This document shows positions 53,211 to 63,269 of a stretch of DNA of 64,000 nt, piece after piece. The stretch's first letter is position 1. Every line of letters begins with the position of its first letter. A program made the translations under genes and the position numbers. The notes beneath the pieces are model-generated. The model did no database searches and had not been told where the DNA came from. It saw only the letters and a program-made list of their open reading frames with translations. This stretch comes from an uncultured delta proteobacterium (lineage in GTDB: Bacteria; Myxococcota_A; Polyangia; Polyangiales; Polyangiaceae): positions 4,096,001-4,160,000 of the forward strand of contig CAWDXG010000004.1 in the NCBI GenBank assembly GCA_963806225.1. Direction: 5' to 3'.

Positions 53211-53813
53211 ATGCAAATCACCCGATATCTCTTCCCTGTTGCCCTGCTCGCCGCCGCTGGATTCGCCGCATGCGGTGGTGCCAAGCCGATGACCGAGTCT
53301 CCCCCGCCGCCGCCGCCGCCCGCCGAGAGCGCGCCGCCGCCCGCCGAGAGCGCGCCGCCCGCCGAGAGCGCTCCGCCCGCCGAGAGCGCTGCGCCTGCGG
53401 CCAGCGAAGCCGCACCTTCCGAAGGTCCGCCCAAGCCCTGGGACGACATGTCGACGGACGAGAAGAAGGCGTACATGAAGCACACGGTGGTTCCACACAT
53501 GAAGCCGCTGTTCATCGCGCAGGACGCCAAGCGCTACTCCGACTTCAGCTGCCAGACCTGCCACGGCAAGGCGGCCAAGCAGGGCAAGTTCAAGATGCCC
53601 AACCCGAAGCTTCCCAAGCTCGACTTCAAGAACAAGCTCGCCACCGAGAAGAAGAAGCATCCGGAGATGCTGGAGTTCATGGCGAAGAAGGTCGAACCCG
53701 AGATGGCCAAGCTGCTCGGCATGAAGCCCTTCGACCCGAAGACCAAGACGGGCTTCGGCTGCGGGGGCTGCCACACCGCGAAGGGCGGCATGCCGCACCA
53801 CGGGAAGAAGTAG
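53211..53813 (+). CDS. Diheme c-type cytochrome lipoprotein
   Basis: GGAGG RBS; lipobox GFAAC; CQTCH and CGGCH; Pro-rich linker. Confidence 0.8.
   Translation: MQITRYLFPVALLAAAGFAACGGAKPMTESPPPPPPPAESAPPPAESAPPAESAPPAESAAPAASEAAPSEGPPKPWDDMSTDEKKAYMKHTVVPHMKPLFIAQDAKRYSDFSCQTCHGKAAKQGKFKMPNPKLPKLDFKNKLATEKKKHPEMLEFMAKKVEPEMAKLLGMKPFDPKTKTGFGCGGCHTAKGGMPHHGKK
53316..53390 (+). repeat. Four short coding repeats (PPAESA)
   Basis: CCGCCCGCCGAGAGCGC repeated at 18-21 bp period. Confidence 0.8.
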
Positions 53814-53827
53814 TCGACGCTCGCAAT

Positions 53828-53858
53828 CGCGGTGCGCGTGCTTCCAGCGCGCACCGCG
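53828..53858. terminator. GC-rich hairpin downstream of the cytochrome gene
   Basis: CGCGGTGCGCG-N9-CGCGCACCGCG, perfect 11-bp stem; no U-tract; followed by TTGACA (-35-like for the tRNA). Confidence 0.5.
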
Positions 53859-53899
53859 CTTGACAATCCGACCACCCCGGGGGATAGACCCCGGGCTCC

Positions 53900-53986
53900 G
53901 GAGGAGTGGCCGAGTGGTCGAAGGCAGCGGTTTTGAAAACCGCCGTACCTTTACGGGTACCCAGGGTTCGAATCCCTGCTCCTCCG
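53900..53986 (+). tRNA. tRNA-Ser (anticodon TGA), CCA not encoded
   Basis: GGAGGAG/CTCCTCC acceptor stem; GCGGT-TTTGAAA-ACCGC anticodon arm; long variable arm; GTTCGAATC T-loop; discriminator G. Confidence 0.95.
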
Positions 53987-53989
53987 CCG

Positions 53990-54415
53990 ATGGCTCGACC
54001 GATGCTGAAGAAGCTGGCCAGGACGACCCCGCTCTCCGCTGACCTCGGGCTGCTCGTCGTGCGGCTCTGGTTCGGTGTCGTGCTCGCGCTGCACCACGGC
54101 TACGGCAAGCTGATGAACCTCGGCGCGTTCACCGCGAACGTGGCGACGAAGCACATTCCGCTGCCCTGGCTGCTCGGCCCGCTCGCGGGCCTTGGCGAGT
54201 TCTTTGGCGGGCTGATGCTCGCGTTCGGAATCTTCGGCCGTGTGGGGGCCGCGTGGGTGCTGGGCGTGATGATGGTCGCCGCGTTCCAGGTGCACGGCGC
54301 GGATCCGTTCGGCAAGAAGGAGCTGGCTCTCGCCTACGGCGCGGTCGCGCTGGCCCTGCTCGTCGCGGGGCCCGGCCGCTTCAGCGTCGATGCGCGCTGG
54401 CTCGGTCGGCGCTAG
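53990..54415 (+). CDS. DoxX family membrane protein
   Basis: DLGLLVVRLWFG...HGYGKL...EFFGGL...GPGRFSVD; alternative ATG at 54002. Confidence 0.9.
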   Translation: MARPMLKKLARTTPLSADLGLLVVRLWFGVVLALHHGYGKLMNLGAFTANVATKHIPLPWLLGPLAGLGEFFGGLMLAFGIFGRVGAAWVLGVMMVAAFQVHGADPFGKKELALAYGAVALALLVAGPGRFSVDARWLGRR

Positions 54416-54594
54416 CTCGCGCGACGCACGGCACAGCCGATGCAGGTACACCCCGCAGGTAGTGGGGAGGCCTGCCGGTGCGGGTACGGAAGCGAAATCG
54501 ATGCGTTCGTCGACGTGACGAGACGGAGATCGCGCGCCGTTCGAAGCGCCCACGGGTTCCCTTCTTGACGTAGCTCAAGCGAGGAGGCCCTCCA

Positions 54595-55998
54595 ATGTTC
54601 TATCGCACGCTGCTGGGCGTTCTGACGCTCCTGGCAGGCGCCGTCGTGCTCTCGACCTTCGCCGGCTGCACGTGCAGCAGTCCGCACCCCATGGAATGCC
54701 ACGAGGCCGACGACTGCGCGGGGCGTGACTGGACGGAGAGCCTGTGCTCCGAGGACGAGGGGCGCTGGGAATGCGAATACAACCGCTGCGTCGGCAAGTG
54801 CAACCCCATGTGCCAGATCGACAGCGACTGCGACGACAAGACGTGGCCAGAGTTCATGGTCGGCTGCCCGCAGCAGGGCGGCTACTGGACGTGCCATAAC
54901 AGCATGTGCACGGCTCACTGCGACGGGCCCCAGTGCACCGACGCGAGCGACTGCAGCGACAGGACGTGGCCCGCCGACGCCGGCTGCGACGAAGCCGACG
55001 GAGCCTGGGAGTGTAGCCATGGCTTCTGCAACGCCGTCTGCCAGGGTGGATGCAGCACTGCCACCGACTGCAGCGGCAAGGCCTGGCCGGGCGGAGTGCC
55101 CTGCGAAGAAGCCGACGGCTACTGGGACTGCACCGCCGGGCAGTGCGTCGCCGCGTGCAATCCCGAATGCAACACGGACAGCGATTGCGCGACCTTCAAG
55201 TGGAACCAGGTCTGTGTCGGCAACTGGGACTGCACCGAGGGCCAGTGCGAGCCGGTGTGCGACCCGGTCAGCTGCGGCGACGGAAACTGCGCTGTCGCCG
55301 CTGGTGAAACGCGCGACTCGTGCCCTGCAGACTGCAAGACGCCGTGCAGCGACGACGCCGACTGCGTGAACAGCGGCGACGTGTGGGAACCGCCCTGTGC
55401 CGGCCGCTGGGAGTGCAGCGGCGTGTGCGATCCACTGTGCGACTACTCGACCTGCGGAGACGGCACCTGCGACGCGAGCGCCGGCGAAGACGCGGTCAGC
55501 TGCCCGGCGGACTGTCTCGACCATTGCCAGTGGCCGAGCGACTGCGTCTACGAGAAGTGGACGCAGATCTGCCAGGGGCGGCACACCTGCTTCATGGGTC
55601 AGTGCCAGCAGACCTGCGACAGCAACGGCTGCGGTAACGGAACCTGCGACGATCCTCTCGGCGAAGAGTCCGAGTCGTGCTTCATCGACTGCCTGGGCGG
55701 ACCGTGCGACACCACCGTCGATTGCCTCGGCTACCGCTGGTACGAGAAGAACTGCACCGGAGGCGGCGGCCACTGGGCGTGCTCGCATCCCGCCGGCGCG
55801 TGCGAGGCAGTGTGCGACAACACGGCTTGTGGCGACGGCGCCTGCGACGTGCTCGGCGGCGAGTCCGCCACGGGCTGCCCCGCGGACTGCCAGCAGTACG
55901 ACTGCAACCTGAGCACCGACTGCAGCGGGCTCACCCTGCCGCAGGGCTGCAACGACTGGCTGTGCGTGCGGCGCAACTGCACGCCGGTGTGTCCGTAG
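54595..55998 (+). CDS. Cys/Trp-rich repeat lipoprotein
   Basis: GAGGAGG RBS; lipobox FAGC; nine 6-Cys repeats plus four CG(D/N)GxC...C..DC modules. Confidence 0.85.
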   Translation: MFYRTLLGVLTLLAGAVVLSTFAGCTCSSPHPMECHEADDCAGRDWTESLCSEDEGRWECEYNRCVGKCNPMCQIDSDCDDKTWPEFMVGCPQQGGYWTCHNSMCTAHCDGPQCTDASDCSDRTWPADAGCDEADGAWECSHGFCNAVCQGGCSTATDCSGKAWPGGVPCEEADGYWDCTAGQCVAACNPECNTDSDCATFKWNQVCVGNWDCTEGQCEPVCDPVSCGDGNCAVAAGETRDSCPADCKTPCSDDADCVNSGDVWEPPCAGRWECSGVCDPLCDYSTCGDGTCDASAGEDAVSCPADCLDHCQWPSDCVYEKWTQICQGRHTCFMGQCQQTCDSNGCGNGTCDDPLGEESESCFIDCLGGPCDTTVDCLGYRWYEKNCTGGGGHWACSHPAGACEAVCDNTACGDGACDVLGGESATGCPADCQQYDCNLSTDCSGLTLPQGCNDWLCVRRNCTPVCP

Positions 55999-56121
55999 TC
56001 CGGACTTCCTGCCACACTCCTGACATCATCGCCATAAAAGCGTAGTAGTTTCAATATGATTCAGCGACTGCGCTGGTCTGCTCGGCTGAATGCCTGCGGT
56101 CCGCGCTACGACAGAGGGGCC

Positions 56122-56724
56122 ATGCGCGCTTCGCTTCCGATCGCTCTGTCCCTGCTGCTCGCGCCGCTCGCCCTCGCTGTGGCGTGCGGTCCCCAGATGA
56201 CCGGCCAGCCCGCGGCTGGGCCAGAGACCGCATCGAGCCCACCGGCTGCGAGCGCGGCGGAGCCCGCGCCGAGCGAACCCACAACAACGTCTGCTCCCGC
56301 GACCCCCGCACCGGCGGAGCCTGCGCCAACCGCCGTGGAGTGCACCAAGGACGAGGCGTGCAGCGGAGCCGACGCCGGACCGCTGCCGCTGCGCGCCGGC
56401 AAGGGCACCGACCCCTTTGCCCACAAAAGCGACGCGGCCGCCAAGAGCGCGCCGCCGTGCACGAAGGACACGTTGAAGAAGCAGCTGCAGAGCATCGTCG
56501 ACGCCTGCCGGAAGAGCAGCCGCTCCATCTGCGGGGATCTCGTGCTGCACACGGCCGCCGGCAAGGATGCGGGCAGCGACAACGTGAGCGTCGACTTCAA
56601 CCTCGGCACGAGCGGCGACACCCTCGGCTTTTCGAAGTGCGTGGTCGGCCGCATCAACAGCGTGAAGTGGGAATGCGCCGAGCGCGGCGACGACATCCAT
56701 CTCGACCTGGGCTGCCGGCTCTGA
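56122..56724 (+). CDS. Putative lipoprotein with Pro/Ala linker and Cys-containing C-terminal domain
   Basis: Lipobox LAVAC. Confidence 0.7.
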   Translation: MRASLPIALSLLLAPLALAVACGPQMTGQPAAGPETASSPPAASAAEPAPSEPTTTSAPATPAPAEPAPTAVECTKDEACSGADAGPLPLRAGKGTDPFAHKSDAAAKSAPPCTKDTLKKQLQSIVDACRKSSRSICGDLVLHTAAGKDAGSDNVSVDFNLGTSGDTLGFSKCVVGRINSVKWECAERGDDIHLDLGCRL

Positions 56725-56747
56725 CACGGCGCGGGCGCCGTTCTGCG

Positions 56748-57452
56748 TCACCCGAAGTCGAGCTCGAGCTGCCGGCTCACACGCGACAGCGCGCGGTCCA
56801 GCTCATGGCGTAGCTGCAGCTCGAAGTCGTTCCACAGCGCCTCGGCCGGGGGCTGGCCCTGCACGCCCGCCACCTGGTTGTCGCTGTGCGCGTCCACGCG
56901 CGCGCGGCAGAGCGGCTTGCCGCTCTCGAGATCGAAGATGAACAAGCCGCCTGAAAACGCGCCGGGGTGGTACTTCCTGCCGTCCATGCGCGGCAGCTCG
57001 CGGTGCGAGCTCCTGAGCACCGCGATGTAGGCGTAGTCGCGCTGGACCTTCTTGATGTTCCACAGGGCATCGATGGTCTGCTTCTTCGTGTGCACCTCGG
57101 CGAGCGGCGGCACGACGCGCAGCGCCGGAGTGGTCAGGAACTTCCAGCGCCCGCGATCGTCGGCGCTCTTTCCGGCGTAGCGACCCAGAACCTGGTACTC
57201 GGCCAGGAGCAGGCTGCCCGTCTTGCCGTGCAGCTGCTTCTCGATCGCGTCGTCGGGGCACGCCTGGTCCTCGACGTTCTGCGCGTCCGGCGCGGCGCTG
57301 CGGATCGCGGCGAGGCGATGCTCGAAGTCGGCCACGCGCTGGTGCAGGCGCGCGAGCTCGGGATCGGGCGTCTTTTCGCCGCCTTCGGTCGAGTGGCAAC
57401 CCGCCACGGCGACGAGCAGGAGGGCCGTGATCAGAGCGAAGCGGGGCGGCAT
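56748..57452 (-). CDS. Putative lipoprotein
   Basis: MPPRFALITALLLVAVAGC lipobox. Confidence 0.7.
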   Translation of the reverse strand: MPPRFALITALLLVAVAGCHSTEGGEKTPDPELARLHQRVADFEHRLAAIRSAAPDAQNVEDQACPDDAIEKQLHGKTGSLLLAEYQVLGRYAGKSADDRGRWKFLTTPALRVVPPLAEVHTKKQTIDALWNIKKVQRDYAYIAVLRSSHRELPRMDGRKYHPGAFSGGLFIFDLESGKPLCRARVDAHSDNQVAGVQGQPPAEALWNDFELQLRHELDRALSRVSRQLELDFG

Positions 57453-57489
57453 CGGCCCGTAATCTAGCGCATCGGTGCGGCGGAGCCGA

Positions 57490-59314
57490 TCACGGCAACA
57501 GGCCGGCCACGTCGACGCGCCCGCGGTGGTCGGCCTCGAAGCGCTTCTCCATCTTCGCAACGAAGGGCTGATCGGGATCGATCCGCTCCAGATCGGCGAG
57601 GATGGCGCGCACGCTGTCGCGGTCGCCGAGGGCGGCCAGAGCGACGGCCTGCTCCTGGGCGCGCGAAGCCAGCACAGCCAGCGTTGCACCATCCCGGTGC
57701 TGGGGCGTGATCGCCGCGGCGAGCACGCGGGAGAAGGCTTTGTGCTCCTCGGCCAGCGCCGGCGTGCGGTCGGAGCGGCCCAGCGCGTGGGGCGCGAAGC
57801 CGAGCCAGAGCGGCCGCGGCGTGAGGTGATCGACCAGACGCTGGTCCCAGTTTGGATCCAGCTCGACGTACAGCGGCCGCGCGTCGGCCAGCGTGGAGAG
57901 CGAGTACTCGGTCGGCCTGCCGCGGATAGCCATGTCGCGCACCAGCGGCGCGAGCTTCGGCTCCCGGGCGAGCAGCTCGCTGGCGATGCTGCCGCGGTCG
58001 AGCAGGGGCAGCGGCACCACGACGATGTCGGGCCGTTCCCCACGCACCAGCCGCGCCGCCCACAGGCGCCACGCCACGGCGGGCGAGCGGATGAGCAGCA
58101 TGCTGTGCGGCGGCAGATCGCCGAGCGCCTCGTCCGTCCACACCTCCGCGCCGTACTGCGAGCGGCGGTCGGCGACGTAGGACGAGTCCTCGGCCGTCAC
58201 CAGCACCAGGGTGAAGTTGAACACCACGAGCAGCACGGCGGCGGGACGCGCCATGGGGATGTTCGCGCGGCGCAGGCCGAGCGCGACCGTGTGCACGCCC
58301 AGCGCGGCCGCGATGCCGAGCGCGATCACGGCCGAGAGCCTGAGCGGCGAGAGCGGATCCGGCGACAGCACGCCGGCCCGGCTCGCGGGAAAGACCACAT
58401 CGGCCAGCACCAGCGCTCCGAGCGGCGCCATCAGCCAGCGCGTCCGTGCGCGCAGGAGCCCCCACGCGCCACCCATCACGGCCAGGCCCATCGAGATCAC
58501 GCCCACGTCGCGCAGCCACGCGGTCAACGCGCCGGCCTTTCGCGCAGCCGTGTCCACGGCGGCCAGCGGCGCGGTCGATAGCCCGTAGCCCAGATCCACC
58601 CACGCGCGACCGGACAACGGCCGCACCAGCGCCGGGACCAGACACAGGAGCGTTGCAATGCCGGCACCCGCCGCGCACAGCACCACGTTCCGACGCGGCG
58701 GCACCTCGGCGAGCACGGCCACCTGCACCCCGAGCACCAGCATCAGCGCCAGACCGGCCACGTGGCTCTCGAAGACGGTCAGAGCGATGAGCGCACCGAA
58801 GCCGAGCCACACGCGCGCGTCGCGCGTTTCCGCGCGGGGCCGGACGAGGAGCCCGCCGAGCACGAGAGCCACCGACAGCGTGGCGCCGCCGGCAATCGTG
58901 CCCTCGAGCTGCCAGACCGGCGAGAGCGTCGCAATCAGCACGGCTGCGAGGGCCAGCGGAGGCGTCAGCCGTGGGGTGTGGGCGTTGTCGTCCAGCAGGC
59001 GGCGCGCCAGCGCGTAGGCAAGCCGTGCCGACAGGGCGAGGCCCACCGCGCTGACCAGCGACGCCCTGAGCAGCCGCCCCCCGACAGGCAGCAGTGAAGA
59101 GAGCTGCATGAGCAGGCTGGACAGGGTGCCCTCGCCGCCGATGGGCACGATGCCGAGACCGCGCACGATGGACAGAATCGTCGCGCCACTGGGTCGCCGG
59201 GCTGGCCCGGAGCGCCGTGACAATCAGCGGCACGCCGAGCGAAAGCCAGGCGCACACCGGGTCGAGCCAGTGGCGCTGGGACGGCGCGGCCGCATCGCGG
59301 GGTGCCTCCTGCAC
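57490..59314 (-). CDS. Polytopic membrane protein, DUF2723/GT-C glycosyltransferase-like; apparent +1 frameshift near 59177
   Basis: Many TM segments; LLPVGGRLLRASLVSA; RGERPDIVVV; N-terminus (...QWRDD) lies in the adjacent frame; start uncertain. Confidence 0.6.
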
Positions 59315-59460
59315 GCGCCCAGCCCTGCCATGTCCGCGGATTTCGGGCCAATTTCCGGCGATCCCCATCAGCCCGCCCCTACTGCCCGGCATTGAATGCC
59401 CGGCCCCCGCGCGCTAGATGCGGTGCTCCGTTTTCCACTGTCCCCGGACAAGGAGCCCCC

Positions 59461-61350
59461 GTGGCCCGTTTCATCGATGAGCTGAAGAGAACCCACGACT
59501 GCGGTGCCCTCCGCGCCGGCGACATCGGCACCGAGGTGGTGCTGTTCGGCTGGGTGCACAACCGCCGCGACCACGGCTCGCTCATCTTCGTGGATCTGCG
59601 CGACCGCGAGGGCCTGACGCAGATCGTCTTCGACCCCGACATCTCCGCCCAGGCGCACCAGCTCGCCGAGAGCGTGCGCGGCGAGTGGGTGCTCGGCATC
59701 CGTGGGCGCGTCCGTTCGCGCGGCGAGCAGTGGAGCAAGAAAGAAAACAAGATGGTCAGCGCCGCGAACCCCAACCTCGCTACCGGCGAGATCGAGGTCG
59801 AGGTGCTGGAGGCCACGGTGTTCAACCGTGCCGAGACGCCGCCCTTCGAGATCGCGGACGACCTCGACACGCGGGAGGAGATCCGCCTCACGCACCGCTA
59901 CGTCGACCTCCGGCGCACCCCGCTGCAGCAGGCGCTGCGCATGCGCCACAACGTGAACCAGGCGACGCGGAACTATCTCGCAGGCCAGGGCTGCATGGAG
60001 ATCGAGACGCCGTTCCTGGTGAAGTACACGCCGGGCGGCGCGCGCAACTTCCTGGTGCCGGCCCGGCTCAGCCCGGGGAAGTTCTACGCGCTGGCCGAGA
60101 GCCCGCAGCTGTTCAAGCAGCTGTTCATGGTCGCGGGCTTCGACCGCTACTTCCAGATCGTGCGCTGCTTCCGCGACGAGGATCTGCGCATCGACCGCCA
60201 GCCCGAGTTCACGCAGATCGACATCGAGCTGTCGTTCGTGAACCAGGACAACGTCTTCAACATGGTGGAAGGGCTGATCTTCGCGATCTGGAAGGCGGGG
60301 CTGGGTATCGACCTCGCGGAGAAGTATCCGGACGGGCATTTCCCACGCATGAAGTTCCACGATTCGATGCAGAAATACGGCAACGACAAGCCGGACCTGC
60401 GCTTCGACATGGCCCACGTGGACCTGACGGATCTGATCATCGAACACACGGGCGGGGCGGTGCCGTTCTGGCAGCCCATCGCCGAGAAGTTCCGGAGCGG
60501 CGCCTACCGCCGCGACCTGCCCACCGAGATCGTCAAGGCGTTGGTGGTCCCGAAGAGCGCCAACCTGTCGCGCGCCGACGGCGACAAGCTGGAGAAGATC
60601 GCCAAGGGCATGGGCGCTGCGGGCCTGGCACGCGCCAAGGTCGCCGCGGACGGCAGCTGGACGCAGTCGCCACTCGCCAAGACCATCACACCCGAGCTGC
60701 GCACGGCGATCAACGAGGCGACGGGAGCCGGGGAGGGCGATCTCATCCTGTTCCAGTTCGGGCGCACGTCGCTGGTGCACACCGTGCTTGCGAACCTACG
60801 GGTCGAGCTCGGCAAGAAGCTCGGGCTCATCCCGGAGGTCGGCCACGGAGGCGACTTCAACTTCCTGTGGGTCGTGGACCCGCCGCTGTTCGAGCACGAC
60901 GACGACGGCAAGCGCTGGGTCGCGGCGCACCACGCCTTCACGCGCCCGCACGACGAGCACGTCGCACTGCTGGAACAGGATCCGGGCAAGGTGCTCTGCT
61001 ACCGCTACGACCTCGTGCTGAACGGGTTCGAGATCGCGGGCGGCTCGATCCGCCTGCACGACCCGGACGTGCAGAAGCGCGTCTTCTCCGTGCTCGGCAT
61101 CTCCGACGAGGAGGCGCAGGAGAAGTTCGGCTTCCTGCTCTCCGCGCTCCGCTACGGCGCCCCGCCGCACGGCGGCATCGCCCTCGGCATGGACCGCATC
61201 GCGATGCTGCTCGCCGGTACGGACAGCATCCGCGACGTGATCGCGTTCCCGAAGACGCAGAAGGGGACGGACCTGATGAGCGACGCGCCCGGAGCCGTCA
61301 GCCCCGGGCAGCTCGCCGAGCTCGGCATCAAGAGCCTCGGAAGCGGCTGA
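59461..61350 (+). CDS. aspS: Aspartate--tRNA ligase
   Basis: AAGGAG RBS; RTHDCG, FVDLRDREG, CFRDEDLR, QPEFTQIDIE, NGFEIAGGSIR and PPHGG. Confidence 0.97.
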   Translation: MARFIDELKRTHDCGALRAGDIGTEVVLFGWVHNRRDHGSLIFVDLRDREGLTQIVFDPDISAQAHQLAESVRGEWVLGIRGRVRSRGEQWSKKENKMVSAANPNLATGEIEVEVLEATVFNRAETPPFEIADDLDTREEIRLTHRYVDLRRTPLQQALRMRHNVNQATRNYLAGQGCMEIETPFLVKYTPGGARNFLVPARLSPGKFYALAESPQLFKQLFMVAGFDRYFQIVRCFRDEDLRIDRQPEFTQIDIELSFVNQDNVFNMVEGLIFAIWKAGLGIDLAEKYPDGHFPRMKFHDSMQKYGNDKPDLRFDMAHVDLTDLIIEHTGGAVPFWQPIAEKFRSGAYRRDLPTEIVKALVVPKSANLSRADGDKLEKIAKGMGAAGLARAKVAADGSWTQSPLAKTITPELRTAINEATGAGEGDLILFQFGRTSLVHTVLANLRVELGKKLGLIPEVGHGGDFNFLWVVDPPLFEHDDDGKRWVAAHHAFTRPHDEHVALLEQDPGKVLCYRYDLVLNGFEIAGGSIRLHDPDVQKRVFSVLGISDEEAQEKFGFLLSALRYGAPPHGGIALGMDRIAMLLAGTDSIRDVIAFPKTQKGTDLMSDAPGAVSPGQLAELGIKSLGSG

Positions 61351-61386
61351 AATGCCGCATTCTCGACTGAACGAATGCGCCCCTCC

Positions 61387-61406
61387 CGCCGCCCGGTAAG
61401 GCGGCG
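61387..61406 (+). terminator. Short hairpin after aspS
   Basis: CGCCGCC-CGGTAA-GGCGGCG; followed by a TTGACG-N18-CACGAT promoter-like sequence. Confidence 0.35.
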
Positions 61407-61448
61407 ACTTGACGCAGCTTTCTCTCACCCGGCACGATCTTCGCCCCC

Positions 61449-62846
61449 ATGGGAGCACGCATCCTCGTCGTCGACGACAGCTCCACCATCCGCAAGGTGG
61501 TCGCGACGATTCTCGAAACACGAGCCTACGAGGCGCTGACCGCCGAGGACGGGCAGCACGCGCTCGAAATGCTCGGCAGTGGCGAGAAGATCGATCTGGT
61601 CCTGCTCGACTTCGTGATGCCGCGCATGAACGGCTACCAGTTCTGCCGCGAGCTCCGCGCCAAGGAAGGCCTGAAGAACGTCCCCGTGGTGCTCATGAGC
61701 GCCAAGGGCGACAAGATCCGCGGGCAGTTCGTCCAGCAGACCGGCGCCATCGATGCCATCACCAAACCGTTCGATGCGCGCGGCTTGATCGCGGTGGTCG
61801 AGGGGGCACTCAAGCGCCAGGAAGAAGGGCGCGCCCGCCCGGTGCCCGACGCGGCGGCCATGCCGGACGAGGAGACCCTCGCCGACAGCCTGCGCCCCAG
61901 CTCGGTCAGCCTGTCGAGTGACCCCGCGTACGCGCGCGTCCGCTCGGTCCTGGAGGTCGGGCAGACCCTGATCAAGCTGCTCGTTCCCGAGATCTGCAGG
62001 CTGCCCGAGGTGGCGGACCACGCCGAGCGGAAGATCGCCGACATCATCCAGCACCACCTCACGGAAAACACACTGCGCGAGCTGGCGCCGCTCCTGGCGT
62101 CCTTCGACGAGGGCACGCGCAAGAGCGACGTGCTGGCGGGCGACATCGCCGTCATCTCGATCGCGGAAATCCTGCAGCTGTTGCACCTGCAACGGCAGAC
62201 AGGCGCGCTGACCATCAACTCGCGCCGCAGACAGATCACGCTGTACGTGCGCGAAGGCAACGTCGACTTCGCGACCTCCAGCGGCCTGCGCGACGAGTTC
62301 TTGATGGGACGCTACCTGGTCGAGGACGGAGCGGTGACGCGCGAGGACCTGCAGTCGGTGCTCGAGAGCGCCAAGGCATCGAACAAGATGCTGGGCGAGT
62401 CGCTGACGTCGCTCGGCCTGGTCACCGATGAGCAGATCCAGCACGCGCTGATGCGGCAGACCGCCGAGCTGGTGTACGAGGTGGTGCGCTGGAAGACCGG
62501 ACGTTTCGCCTTCGGCGTCGATTCCGGAGCCGAAGCGCCGACCGAAGCGCGGCTCGGGCTCACGACGGGCGCGCTGGTGATGGAAGGTTTCCGCCGCGTC
62601 GACGAGTGGCGCCTGATCGAGGGGACGTTCGATTTCGACGAGGTCCTGTACCGCGATCAGGTGGCGATCGAACGCATCGGAGACGAATCCAAGCTGACCA
62701 AGCAGGAGCGTGCGGTGCTCGAAGCCATCGACGGCGAACGTACCGTGCGCGAAATCGTCGACGAGATGGAGGGCAGCTCGTTCGAGCTATGCAAGATCCT
62801 CTACCAGTTCCTCAACTCGCGCCTGGTGCGGCGCAAGGCGGCCTGA
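61449..62846 (+). CDS. Response regulator with DUF4388/PATAN domain
   Basis: ILVVDDS, VLLDFVMP and ITKPF; LAGDIAVISIAEILQLL; LVMEGFRRVDEW. Confidence 0.88.
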   Translation: MGARILVVDDSSTIRKVVATILETRAYEALTAEDGQHALEMLGSGEKIDLVLLDFVMPRMNGYQFCRELRAKEGLKNVPVVLMSAKGDKIRGQFVQQTGAIDAITKPFDARGLIAVVEGALKRQEEGRARPVPDAAAMPDEETLADSLRPSSVSLSSDPAYARVRSVLEVGQTLIKLLVPEICRLPEVADHAERKIADIIQHHLTENTLRELAPLLASFDEGTRKSDVLAGDIAVISIAEILQLLHLQRQTGALTINSRRRQITLYVREGNVDFATSSGLRDEFLMGRYLVEDGAVTREDLQSVLESAKASNKMLGESLTSLGLVTDEQIQHALMRQTAELVYEVVRWKTGRFAFGVDSGAEAPTEARLGLTTGALVMEGFRRVDEWRLIEGTFDFDEVLYRDQVAIERIGDESKLTKQERAVLEAIDGERTVREIVDEMEGSSFELCKILYQFLNSRLVRRKAA

Positions 62847-63269
62847 TGGCCCCGGACGCCGCGGAAACGGGGCGTGCCGGCGCTGCGGCACACACCGCCG
62901 GCGTGGTCGTCAGCCTCGACGAGAAGCTGTACTTCGTGCCTGCGGAGATGGCCGGAAGCATCGTCCAGCGCCCCGTCGTCACGCGAGTTCCCGGCACCCA
63001 CATCGGCATGGCGCTGATCGGCGGACGCGTGGTGACGGTCATCGAACGTCGGACCGCGGCGCGAGGAGCTGCTGCTCTGCGAGGTGGAGGGCGAGCCGCT
63101 CGCCCTGTCGGGTCTTTCGGTGTGCGGCTCGGGTTTCTACTCGCTCGAAGGCGACCAGGTCCGCGTCGACGACCAGCTCGTGCCGGGATTCGACGTGAAG
63201 GCTGCGCTTCTCGAAGCCGAGCTCGAGCTGTGGGCCCAGAGACGGGGAACGAGGAATCTCCGCTCATGA
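62846..63269 (+). CDS. CheW-like protein; apparent +1 frameshift near 63045
   Basis: TGATG coupling; VTRVPGTHIGMALIGGRVVTVI(D) then VGPRREELLLCEVEGEPLAL in the next frame. Confidence 0.7.

Noticed and set aside
53900..56000. Genomic island integrated at tRNA-Ser
   Set aside because: No integrase, no duplicated tRNA 3' end in the window, and no compositional shift.
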